From Ophelia neglecta (taxonomy: Eukaryota): DNA of 64,000 bases. This document shows positions 52,051 to 64,000 of the stretch, piece after piece; the stretch's first letter is position 1; each line of letters starts with the position of its first letter. The notes under the pieces were generated by a model. It was not told where the DNA came from. It worked only from the letters and a program-made list of their open reading frames with translations, and did no database searches. The DNA lies in assembly GCA_965285935.1 (NCBI GenBank), contig OZ260662.1, positions 107,818,001-107,882,000 of the forward strand, read 5' to 3'. The translations under genes were made by a program, and so were the position numbers.

Positions 52051-55000
52051 TCACAATCTAACCCGATCACCGAACTCCTTCATCATTTGTTTCTTCATAC
52101 CACCCGACAGCCTATTAAACATCAAACTGCAACGACAAAAAAGTAAGTTAGAGTAAGCTGTCATTAAATATATATATATAATTAGAACTAGCTGGAAAAG
52201 GTTTTCTATCGAGTGTTGCTGTCGCCCATCACCAGCAAACCCAAAGTAAAATATAACACTACTTAGGCTTGAGGATTGCGGAAATTTATATTTAGTTGTG
52301 TAGTTCGCTGATAGATTTAGATTTCAGCTAAATTATCAGGAGGTAGTTCAGCTAAATACACATAGGAAGTTGTAAGGTCCTCACTCCAGTTTTATAAGTC
52401 ATATATAAGACTGGTTATCATTTGGAGCAAAACATCGACGTCATGACGCTTTATAACTATGGCTCATTACTGCGAACGTTTATGTAATGGCAAAATGAAA
52501 GACCTTATAACAGGGTGTTGTTATATTTCTTTTAATCTGCTTTATATTTGTTCGGCATTGTAAGCAAGTGCCGAGTGATTGGTGAACTTTATAATAAATA
52601 CTGATTTCATCACTTTTTCAGTTGGTGTTTCAAGGATGCTGTATCATCTAATTCCTACTGATTTTTTGTACGGTTATATTGCAACCTAATTTAGACAATT
52701 TTGGGAGTCTTTCCAAAGAGTCATCACTGCAACACGGAACTGTCGACGAAGAGTCAACATATTGAATCACCTCTAATCACTCCTTCGTGGAAAGGCACTG
52801 TCATTTAAGCAATAGCGCCGAGTTTATTAATGTACGATGATACTTTGACATTTCTTCAGCTTTGGTGATATGAAGACCACTATCAATGCACGCTTTATGG
52901 GACTGATGGACTATCAGTGGCCGACAGCGAAACGAAATTTCCCAGACAGCTACTTGATACCTTAGAGATACATTTTCTTCATCAGGATGTTTCCCATGAC
53001 ATATTTGTAGTTTTCATTTCTTGAAAACTACATGAAGAAGTCCTCATTCAGGAGGCAAGATATTCCGATTCAAACTCATTTGATAGCTGTTTGACGTCTG
53101 AGGAGGATAACTGATTTTGAAAGCTCATGTTGAAAGAGGAATTTAAAAATTGGATAAACTATACTCACATAGATGAGCAAACTTTTTGCGGATTTAGCTG
53201 ATAGTTATGCATTGACGCAAAAAAAAAATGTTTCCCCCCATTACAGATTCAATTGTAAACGGTCTGGCCAAAAGGGAGCATCAAATCGCTCATATGGTAC
53301 AGATAATTCCATGCTTGAACATAGAAACCAAAGATAAGGTAAGGCAATAATACTGATATGAATGCCCAACTTCATTTCTTCTAAGTATACTAAGTATACA
53401 CCTGCCTGTGCATACTTTAAATGGAATGCCATCATACTTCAGTGTGCTTTAAGTGGGAGAAAGCGGAAGGGAGGAAGGTTTCTCCTACTGCATTTGCTTC
53501 CTCAGTTTTTACCCAAGGGTCTGTGTCTCCAGTCCTTGTATAAGCTACAGTAGATTGGCAAATTAATGTTGTTATTAAAGAGGACGTTAAGCCTATTTAT
53601 TCTCAAAGATTTGTTTCACATCAGGTATTGAGTAAAACCAACATCCCCTTGGGATATGAAGAGATACAGATGCTCCTCAATCTGTATTGTTAAAGGGCGT
53701 ATTGTCACTCCCTGAGAGATCACCAACAGGTGCAAGCGTAATGATTCAAGATGTACGTTGTGGTTTTATAGATGTCCCTCTTCATACAACGTGTCTCAAG
53801 TCAGACTCAAATCAGTTTCTTGTACAGAAAGTGTAGTGAGGCTACTTTACCTGTGGTGGATTCCACCCTTTTCCTAGGCGATGACCTGGCAGGTGAAAAC
53901 GTCTTACCCATACCACATAAGACAGAATCATCAAGTGCTTGAGTTAATACACATCTGATAGAGCAGAACATAACCGACCTATTCGCAGATTGTGCTGTCA
54001 CTGGGGCCAAGGCCAGGCGTAAGCCTGTAGGGTTATCCGACGATGAACAGTTTATTATCTATTACTTATTTTATTTACCTAGCGCTTTCCAAAGTTGAAG
54101 GCGCTTTACAAAAAGAATACTGAGTAAAATATAATGACAAGCTTAAAGACTGTGATTTAAATAACGATAAATAATAAAATCTGACAACTTAAATAAAAAC
54201 TTCAGTGAATTATTAAAGAACCAGCTTCAATAAAAGAAAGCAGTGCGCTGGCACTGAACTAGTTAAAAGCATTATTCATAATCATAAAATACCTGCAAAA
54301 GATCGGCAATGTATAATGGTGCCAAGCTGTGCATGTTATTTAAAGTACCTTCTATTCTATACGCTTGCTTATTTGTATTTAGTGAAGCTGCTTCAGCGCT
54401 GGAATAAATGGGCTTGCCGTGGCGTATGAGCTATCAATCTAACTGCATGGTTCTGTAGTTACTGCAGATGCTGGACTGAGTTATGCCAGTTAAAGGCAGA
54501 TAACCATGATCCAACCGGCACACCACCAACACCTGGTCAATCGGTCCTCGGTCAAGAGCAACTAATATGTCTGATTATCCGCAATTGATAATGGCATTAT
54601 TTCACGTGTGCCTACAACTGGGTTTCCATGTGTTTCCTTGTTGTATCCAAGGATTTTCATAGGCGAGGGAGGCAAAATCTGGTCCTGAACCGAAAAAGGC
54701 ATTTTCAATTTGACTCTTCTTTTGTTCAGATGATAAGAGGATAATTTTTCTTATTTTCTTCATTCAATTTCAATATGTAAGCTTCCATTCAACCCTGTAC
54801 ATCGGAAATAAACTCCTGAATTGGTTACAAGGAGAAGCAAGGAGATCCAAACTTGACTTCAACACAATGTATATTTGTGTATCATAAGCATAGTTGTGAT
54901 ATTCCATATCGTATCCTTTAACGGAATTAGTCACAGGTTTGCAGTATATAAAAGTGTTACTGTGGCCCTAGTAGAGAGCCTTGAGGGACTGCAAATTCGA

Positions 55001-58000
55001 GGGTTAATTCACTAGATTCAGTTCCGCCAACTGTAACAAGGGCTAAGAGCCTCTACATTGGGAATCGGAAATGTGCTGTGACCGAACTTTGTTTAAGCCC
55101 TATACCCCTGAATGTGGCCACAAAACAAGTGCCTTTTTAATCTTTTCGCTTGGCCTTGGTGAAAGTGCTCGCCTTTCGCCCATGTCATCGATGCCGGTGG
55201 CCTCAAGTCTGTCCAACTCAAACCATCAAACTCATCCTGTGTAAGAATTATTGAAATAATGTCCGATAAATGCCCGCCTTTCTTTGTCAGATAACACTAT
55301 GCTTAAGTCAAATTGAGCATGTAATTGTCGTCAGAGGAAAACTTTTGAATTCGACGAAGACGCCATATTTGTTTTCTTGTGGCATTTAAATTTCCCCCGC
55401 CAAATCAAAAACCTCGCTTCCCGGCGTACTATATTTAAATATGTTGATGAGAAGCATAAAGGTCCGGGATGTTGAAAATGGGGATTCCCCCACACGCTGT
55501 GTTTGGTTAGTTACAATATCAGAGCCTGGATGTTTTAAGGTCACGGCCTCTGCTGCGATCTGCCGCGGTGGAATTCATTTCTGCGGACAGTTACAGCGCT
55601 TAATTGCGGTATTGCCATGGTTTTCTCATAATTTTTATTGACATTGTATTACAGCCATGTACGTGAAAGCCTACACAAATCACATGACAAAAACATTGGC
55701 ACCTACGCACAGCTGACATGCAGCTTAATCACGAAACCACGGCCTCCAAACTGGCCTCGGTGCTACTGACTCACCAATCCCATGCAGCCGGACTTTCTCT
55801 GGATACATGGCGATTTCGCAGCAGGGGGCCCAAATGTTAAACTCATTTCTCCAAGAATATGACCGGGTATATTAGCAAATGACCATTGCATGTGTTGTAT
55901 AATGCTGTGAACTGGCGGCTTTGAACCCTTTACACCACAATGTGGCTACAAGATAAGTGCCATAATCAATTTTAACTGCCGCTCAGATCCAGGTGACGTC
56001 ACGATTTGTAAATTTTTCGGGCATAGTAAAGGGAATCGGTTCCCTCCTCCCAAAAACATGATTGCCCTGGGATAAGTACGGAGCTAGTCACCTCAGGACA
56101 GCTCCCTTAATACCATATTACTGGTCAAGCCTACTCACCATAATCGAGTGATCTAGCATGTCAAGCGCTGCTGAGAGCTCGCATGATCAATACAGCAAAA
56201 CACTCCTTATCTGATGCCATTTTGGTATCGGAATGGACTTCAACAAGAGCAGCCTCAGTAAAATGTTTAGCACGATAGGCTGATTGAAGTGTGTGATTGA
56301 AGACAGCTTTCTCTGATATGACTATCCACCCACTTGACCATCACCCTCTCCAGTATCTTCGAAATGTACGGCAAATTAGACACTGATCTTCAGAACTTTC
56401 TTATCCAGATCAGGTTTCTTCAGAAAGTGTCGTACTATTTCTCTTTTGAAAGACGCAAGGATATGACTGGATGACACAGACTTGTTCACAATTTTTGCCA
56501 CCATAGATGTAAGCACATCTACATAATCCTTCACTAACAAAGAAATAATAGGTTTAGCCTCATATGACTTAATGACTGCCTTAAGGGTCATTTCTCTTGT
56601 CTCGGAAGCAACCTCCAACTTTGACAACGGTTGACCATCAAACACTGCCCTTAAATCAATTGACGAAGAGTAACTGTTTTGACAGCTTCACATTTGCAAA
56701 TGGTCGAAAGGGCTATTACTTTTATACAGAAACAAATCTTATCTTATCAAATCTTAACTTATTAGCGAATTCCACAGCTGAATAGTAATAAGGGAGTATA
56801 ACTTAACCTTTGTAACCAGTGATGCGTTTCGCTATCTTGAATATACTTACATAGGCCTGCTTAGTTTTATTTAGTAGGCTATTGGCCATTTCACATACAC
56901 GTTTATAATTCTGAATTTCAACTTCAACTTTTGACTTCCTAAAAGCCCTTTCACTTTTCCTACTGCCCCGCTTTGTATGGTGAAGCTCATCTGTTTACCA
57001 GGGGGTTATGGGGCCTTACACTGAAGCTCATCTGAGTACATGAGGCTTTATGGCTTGCTGTGGGGTCATATTTGTACCAGGGGCTTTGTGGCCTTACCGT
57101 GATGTCATCTGTGTAGCAGGGGGTATCGGGCCAAACAGGGAAGTTCATCTGTGTACCAGGGGCTTTGTGGCCTCACCGTGATGTCATCTGTGTACCAGGG
57201 GGTATCGGACCAAACAGGGAAGCTCATCTGTGTACCAGGGTCTATGATGCCTTAGAGTGAAGTTCATCTGTGTGTAAGGAGTAACGTGGCCTTACAGTAA
57301 AGCCAATCTGTGTACCAAAGGTTATGTGGCCTTACAGAGACGCACATCTGTCTACCAAGGCTATGTGGACTTACAATGAAACTCATCTGTGTACCAAGGG
57401 CTATTCGGCCTTCATGTGAAGTTCATCTTTAAACCACGGACCGTTTTAGTGAAGCTAACGTGTGGTCTAAGGGCTTTACAAGCAAACAGAGAAGTTATTA
57501 TGTGTACCAAGGGCTATGTGGCCTTACAGTGAAACTCATCTATGTACAAGGGGCTATGTGGCCTTACAGTGAAGGTCATATGTATTCCAGGGGCAGTATG
57601 GCCTTACAGTGTGGCTCATCTGTGTACCAGGGCCTATGTTGCCTTACAGTGAAGCTCACCTGCGTACCAGGAGCTATGTGGCTTTTGATTAAAAGCCGGA
57701 GCGCGAATTACGAAATGAGAGCAGAGCACTAGACCAATTAAATTGTTCTAAACCCTTTCCTAACCTTGAAATTAACCCTCAGCCCTAACCCCAGCCTTGA
57801 AGACGATTTTTTGGTTACTGTCACTCTGAACTACTCATGACCTCCGAGTCAGCGTAGCTTCCACACGTCCCCGTTTAATAGCCGTTTTAACACGATCACG
57901 ATCTCGAGATATATTTAGATTTTAATAAAATAAAAACAAACGTAAAACTGGTGCATCTCATCTGTAAGAGAGATTCACCATTGTCCAGTTGCCACAGTGA

Positions 58001-61000
58001 TATTGGCAAGTGGACACCCGATACACATATTTAAATTTAAAAATGTTCTACATAGAAATAATATGTTTTAAGTTGGATAACATACTTATTGCTCAAGGGC
58101 GGAAATGACCCTGGCTAGGGATCAGGTAAAGGGCATCATTGTTTTATGAATGCGATGTTGAATAAAGCTGGGACATTAATTGTTGGGACCTATGTGTCCC
58201 AGATTTGTACAAATTCATCGTTACCTATGAATGATGCTGCTATTCATGCAGCTTGAAAACAGCATACTTAAAAATGCATTAATACCTTTTCTTATTTATA
58301 CAATTATCACTTGTGCATTATTTTTGTAAAAACCTGGCCAGCAACCAAAATTTGGGTGCATAATTGATTGAGACCTAAATGGTTTTACTGAACACCTTGG
58401 TCTATGGCCAGCTATTCTTTAAATCCAGGGCCGGTGGGAGTAGTATAGGCAGTGGGGTCAGGGGTGGTACATCTTAGAGGAGATTCTGATATAATTGAAT
58501 CATGCCAGGAGTGCACTGGAGCAGTTATTGCTTCCGGTGTAGCCGTTTTGATATATTTGTGAACTATTTACAGTGCTTATGACTACTGCCACAGTGTTCA
58601 CCATCAGTTTGGGACACCTGGTGTCAAGTCTTGTTATCACCATTTTTGTTTGTACAACTGCATTGTTCTCTGAGGTTTCCGTGAGGTGTTGTTCTGCTCA
58701 TTATGTTATTTCCTGTATGTAATGTCTGTTCCTTTATTCTGCTATCTTATTATCAGTGAATAATTTACTGTTTATTGATATATTGTGTTTGCTGGATGTG
58801 ATCTTTTAAGGCCGCGGGTTTACTTCAAAGTCAATTCAATTTAATTTAATGTAATTTATCAGTTATTCATACTCTTGGTTCTTTAAATATTGTTGATTAC
58901 AATTTGACCTTTCATTTTTCATTTTTCATTTTCAATTTAAATTTTCTTAAGGGTGGCCATTTGATAGCGATCAATTCTGATCTTAAAATGGTCTCCCTGA
59001 CCTATTATTAAACTATTTGATTACCTATGATTTGTACACATTAAGTTATTATTCACTTTTTTTCTACTTTTTCATAGAAAGTTTGTACATTATTTTGTTT
59101 TTTTTTTGGTCAAAATAAAATAGTCTGAGTCTGAGTCTGAGTCTATTAGCCAATCAGAATCTCTCAAAATAGCCCTCAAAACACGACTGCCTTATTACTG
59201 TAATGCCTTAAATTTTAGGGGACAATATATGCTATGCCGCTGATTCAAGACTTTTCCATTGTGCTAATGGCTAACAAATCGTGTTAAGACCTATATGAAA
59301 AGACCGATTGGACTGATGAGTATAATAGATGGGTGCGACCGCACAATACTCTGTTATCGAGTGAACACAGTTGTTATTATAGGCCAGGATGTACCTAGAT
59401 ACATGCACCACGTTTGTTGCCTTAAAAAAACTGCAACTGGCTCGGGACTCTGAGGACACCATTCTCTTAAGCTCAGGCTTAGACATTAACATCGCCGCTA
59501 TTTTGCCAGCTGTTGTTCATGAGTCCGGGATAATTATTCATTCAATTTCGATCTCCAGCCGTTGTTATACACATAAGGTGTGAATGAGGCTGAAGTCCCC
59601 AAATTTTGGGAATTTACAATTTGTGCATATAATAAATTATAATTACTGCTTATAATTTGGCATTGATGAATGCTGAATGGCTGAAGAAAAGAAAGAATGT
59701 GTAAGGAATAACTATTCCTCGTCTCAATATGTCGCTTGCCCGATGGCCTTGAATGACAAGATATGAGTTTATTGTCACGGCATCTTACGTCGGTAATTGA
59801 CGCATCACACCATAACACATAATTGGCTACATTCAGGGTACCCCAAATTATTACTATAATTCTTTTATTTGTCATTCGACTTAACATCAAATACTTTTCT
59901 CTAGCTGTCATAAATGTAAATGAAAATGCAATCTATTTTGGTCTCAATAACTAATTATTCTTTATCTAGGCTATTCACTGCAACAATGGCGCAACATCAA
60001 ATTATGAATCACTAAATATGGCCGGTTGTCGTCGAGGCCACGGACGATTTTAGTTGCTTCGGGTCTAGTGGATTGACGGGAATTTGTTACATGAAAATGT
60101 GTGGCGGGTTTTAAATGGCTTTGGCCGGCTAGCGAGAAAAAGAATAAACTAAATTAAAACAACAGTTTTATGTTGCAGATCCGCATTTCGCTTATCGCTC
60201 ACGTTTGAACATGATCCGGGCCAGGGAACAGGTGAATTCAGGCCCTCAGACCCATATAGATTGGTTATATTTGGATCGTATTAGCCTTGTGGCTATGTGG
60301 CTGTCCACTTCTATGTAAGGAGTAATCATGGAAATTTCGTCTTTAGGCTGGCGGAAAAACCGAGACCTAGTCGAGGTTTTTTCTATTCAACTCGCCAAAG
60401 TGGCAATCTTTATATTTTTGAATCACCCCTACCAAACCCTATCCCCGACCTTTACCGAAGATGCTGGAGCTCTATGATAACGCCACAATATCATCTGCCT
60501 AAGATACCGGCGATCTAAGACACCACCTTAACACTTCTTTCCAGGATACCGATGCGCTGCAGCACCCGCAATACCAGATAATGAGTATGTGTGCGAGTAA
60601 AGGCATCAGGGGAAAAAAGGCCTCCCCGTTTACACGCCCCGTTACAAGACAGCGCTCCGCGGCGCAAACCATCCAGGGATAACTATTATTAACAATTTCC
60701 AGTAAGAGATTAAATTTTTACAAGAAGTCGTTGGGAAAAGGATAGGAAATAATAGACATGCTAATTACAAATGATTCTTAGTGAATACAGTAAACATGTT
60801 GGTATACTCACTACAGTGCCTTCAGAGAGGAGTTCGTCCTCAGGGCGGTGGACAATGTGCCCGCCCCGGCATCGGTTATCTTGTTCGATCCCAGACTGTA
60901 AAATAAATAATAATCTATTAGTGATATTAACTTTAATTGTCAAAATTATAAAAGTAAAACCAAGAAAGGAAGATTGGTAATTTTATGAAATGTACTGTAC

Positions 61001-62857
61001 CTGTTTACGATTTGTGTGAAATAACAAAAGATTTTTGATAGCACAGTATATCAACCGTCTTCACGACTATCATGTGCTATTGATCAAAATTAGAAAGGGC
61101 GATTGGTAAAGAGTTGTCATGAGAATTTGCCATGACAACACATAGCCGGACCATGCATGAGCAGATCAGTTAGCTGTAATGTATGTTTTCAATGCAGATT
61201 TTCATGCTGCTATATTAAAGTACAATACACCTAGTCGATTCCATACGGTCAATATTTATGACTGGAGGGGCTGGGGCAATTGATCGAGGGAGAGAGACAA
61301 GGGAAATTTTGTTCAGGCAGTTGCGTGTGTTTATATGTCCTTCACCGGCGCTAGAATATTTAAATTTTATAATGCCGTGGTCACCTTTCACCTTAACGGG
61401 AGATTAATATAATTTCAGAATAGCGGAGGGGAGAGAATCCAGCTGGCCTCAATGAAAATATAATATATTCCTTACATGTTAAAATAAAGTCTCCAATATA
61501 CTCCCTTGACCAAATCTCTTCATTTTGGCCGTGTGCTTCCAAAACAAATATTTCACTTTAATCGTCTGAGACCCGAGAATGGCAAATTCCCCGCAATGCC
61601 ACGGCCAGAACTTAGCAAACATGTATCTCCCTATTTAATCTAATAAACCCGGTGAGCCTTTCGAAGTTATCATTGTACTAGTATTCATCAGTAATATTAA
61701 AGTTGTGATTAACAGAACAGAATACAGAGATTCAGAATATATGAATATGAGAGCAAAGTAACGGGGGGGGGGGGGGGGGGGGGTTCGGATACCCAGATCT
61801 GTGGAGACGGGGCAGGGGGCCTCTTATCCCATCATGGAAGTTGTAGGCAGGAGGCCTCTTATCTCATCACGATTAGTTGTAGAAATGGTCTCTTTATCCA
61901 ATCAAGGGAGTTATATGCTGGGGGACCCTTGTCCCATCATGGGAGTTGTAGGCAGGCGATCTCAAGGGGTGTGCATCAGGGAACAAGATTGGGTAGGCGT
62001 TATAAATTGTAAGGTGAAATGTGGGTAGTCAAGGTAAAGGATTAGATTGGTTGAGTTAGAGAGTGGGGAGAAGGGCCAGGGGGAGGGAAATGGGGAGGCG
62101 GGATGTACATGTACGGGGAGATTCATCAAAACTACTGAGACCTACAGCTTGTTCCAATTGAGCCCCCCCCACCTCCCCCAACTTTGTGTGCCGTTACACC
62201 CTCCTCTCCCAGTAGCTAGCAACGTGTCAACATTTCTTCCCCTCTCAGCCCTAGGGTAGGCACTCTCGTTATATAATCTAGCGACTATTTATCCTGCTAC
62301 TGGGGACAGACGGAGATGGGGGGGGGGGGGGTTGGCATACAAGGTTAAGGCAGGACTGGCAGGTGATGTCATGCGACGCTTATAATTCCACGCATGAAGT
62401 AGATTTATTCCGCGCTCAGTGTAGAGGCTGCAGTTTAAATCAGCACAGTAAGCCGCGTAAGCCAAATTACTCAGTGCCAAAAGTTGCTTGCTACGCGGAA
62501 TTATGCGTTGAGTGATATATCCGACTTTACCCGGGTTAAATGGGGTAATTTCCAAACACGCCCCAGGACCTCATTAGGCAACTTGCTCAAGTTCAAAACG
62601 TCAAATGTATCACCAGAAAGCTGTTCATTGTTGTCCACACTAGACAAATGTTGTCAGGGTAGTTAGGTTCAGATAAATTTTACCAATCAGGCTAAATTAT
62701 TAATCTGAGTTAATGAAAAATTAATTCCGAGTGTTAGTTTTTTTAAGAACAACAGGTATAAACATCTACTTACCTCAGTGTCTCCAGACTCTTATTGATG
62801 ACGAGGGCGTGTGCGATGTTCTCAACACCTTGGTCAGTAATCCCGCAGTGCCACAGC
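52051..62857 (-). CDS. 3' part of an NLR-like (RI-type LRR) gene; exons 62857-62774, 60895-60812 and probable terminal exon 52126-52051
   Basis: Two 84-bp phase-2 exons (LWHCGITDQGVENIAHALVINKSLETL; LGSNKITDAGAGTLSTALRTNSSLKAL) with canonical splice sites. The phase-2 terminal exon LMFNRLSGGMKKQMMKEFGDRVRL* follows a CTAAC branch point and polypyrimidine tract. Confidence 0.8.
53740..54030 (+). mobile_element. Gypsy protease-region relic
   Basis: GFIDVPLHT..LKSD, LFLGDDLAGENV (cf. LLGNDLAGGKV) and CAVT motifs. Confidence 0.6.
54050..56650 (-). mobile_element. Old fragmented L2/CR1-type LINE (RT about 56100-56650; 3' part about 54050-54530)
   Basis: LKKPDLD..SNLPYISKILER, QSAYRAKH.TEAAL and LSAALD motifs. 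Confidence 0.65.
56980..57685. repeat. About 40-bp minisatellite, about 17 degenerate units
   Basis: Consensus GAAGCTCATCTGTGTACCAGGGGCTATGTGGCCTTACAGT. Confidence 0.9.
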
Positions 62858-64000
62858 CTGTGATTGAAAACACGAGAGAATGACTGGACATGTGACGATG
62901 TTAAAATGAATTTTCACGAACAAGTCATCTGCCCTCTGTAACCTTTCTGGTGACTAGAGTAGTACCAAGCCAACTCATTAATCTAGAACCCTCTATCAAA
63001 TCTGCCCGAAAACATCAGGAACCCCCTGCTGCAGGCCCACATACACCAATCTCCAATTCCACAATAGTAAATAGACTTTTTTAAATGGAATAATATGACA
63101 TAATATAAAAAATTATAATAATTGATATCACTTGCTAGAAGAAGTAGATCAAGGATAAGTTTACTTCACTCAACGGGTGGAAAAGCAGTCAGCTGGGAAA
63201 TAAAGTGACAGTGAATATAGTAAGGCCGGTACAATACTCTCACTCCCGTAGCCATAGGCCGAACAAAGCTGAACAAAGCCTGTATAAAACCAATTATCTC
63301 CCTCTCTTAGGAAGGGTCATTGCCCATGTGCCTTCCCCTGCCCCATAGCCTGGGGGAGGGGCAGACCATAGCCAACCGAGTCCATTCTACTCCCCCCTAT
63401 GCCAAGCAGGTCCATTGCCCCCCCCCCTCCCCCCCCCCCCCCCGTTGCCAAGCAGGTCCATTGCCCCCCCCCCCCCTTATCCATAGACAGGGCGGTCCAG
63501 AGTCGAATGTTGATGTGTGGTTTCTATTCAACTGGCAGATCACAATTGAGGAAGTGGGCTGCACCCGAGAACGGTTCTTACCAACATGTGTGCGCCTCGC
63601 GGAGCGTCGTTGTACGGTACATGCGAAACGCAAAGGCCTTGCGGGCATCTCACAATTGCGGGCAATTTCAAAAAGATATAGAGAACCCATTATGGATTAT
63701 ACATATCTATGGTATTATCAATGCACTAGGTGTCATATTGTCAATAAACAAACATGAAAGAGTTTCGGCACAGACGTATTTCCGGAACCCCCCTTGGCGA
63801 TTCTTAGGCCTAGATAAAGAATGCGGATAGGGTGGACAGGTTACATAAGCCTAGTTACGTAAGTGGGTGAAGGAGAGTATAGGCCTGGAAGCATACCGGG
63901 TTATCGACTGGTCGTAGATTACTATCTGAACTTAGGTGGGGTTGTATGGTATAGATAGGCCTAAACTCTGAGATCACCCTAAAGCTCCCCTTCAGGCCTA

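Noticed and set aside
52430-53230. Possible degraded helicase or TE coding region
   Set aside because: No motif could be identified with confidence.
56980-57685. CRISPR-like array or coding repeat (ORF 57460-57732)
   Set aside because: Degenerate tandem minisatellite with no spacers; the ORF is a by-product.
59390-59590. Additional LRR exon (AGKIAAMLMSKPELKRMV)
   Set aside because: No 84-bp phase-2 exon with valid splice sites; upstream in-frame stop.
63320-63830. Proline-rich ORFs
   Set aside because: They arise from poly-C tracts and a short duplicated motif; no domain or splice support.

Overview
Eukaryotic, repeat-rich invertebrate genomic DNA, probably lophotrochozoan (inferred from MetaSINE-type SINEs, Helentron-type and RTEX/L2-type elements). 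There are two assembly gaps (21764-22137, 29441-29580). From left to right: (1) a recent but defective Ty3/Gypsy LTR retrotransposon on the - strand (1-7481) with near-identical LTRs, a tRNA-Thr-like PBS, a PPT and a -1 frameshift signal; (2) a CYP2-clan P450 pseudogene (-) split by a 2.4-kb Helentron-type non-autonomous element; (3) a BTB-BACK-PHR gene (+) with one in-frame TAG; (4) an intact 4-exon, 353-aa Rv2258c-like SAM methyltransferase (-); (5) a stack of same-orientation LINEs (about 39650-47620); (6) the 3' LRR exons of an NLR-like gene (-) that starts beyond the right edge. SINEs, MITEs, old LINE/LTR relics and minisatellites fill the rest. The most novel-looking object sits inside the LINE stack: a 2070-bp TA-flanked TIR DNA transposon (43097-45166) with no transposase, carrying a spliced gene for a small N-terminal domain plus a BEN-like domain. 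All family calls come from motif recognition by eye, not database searches.
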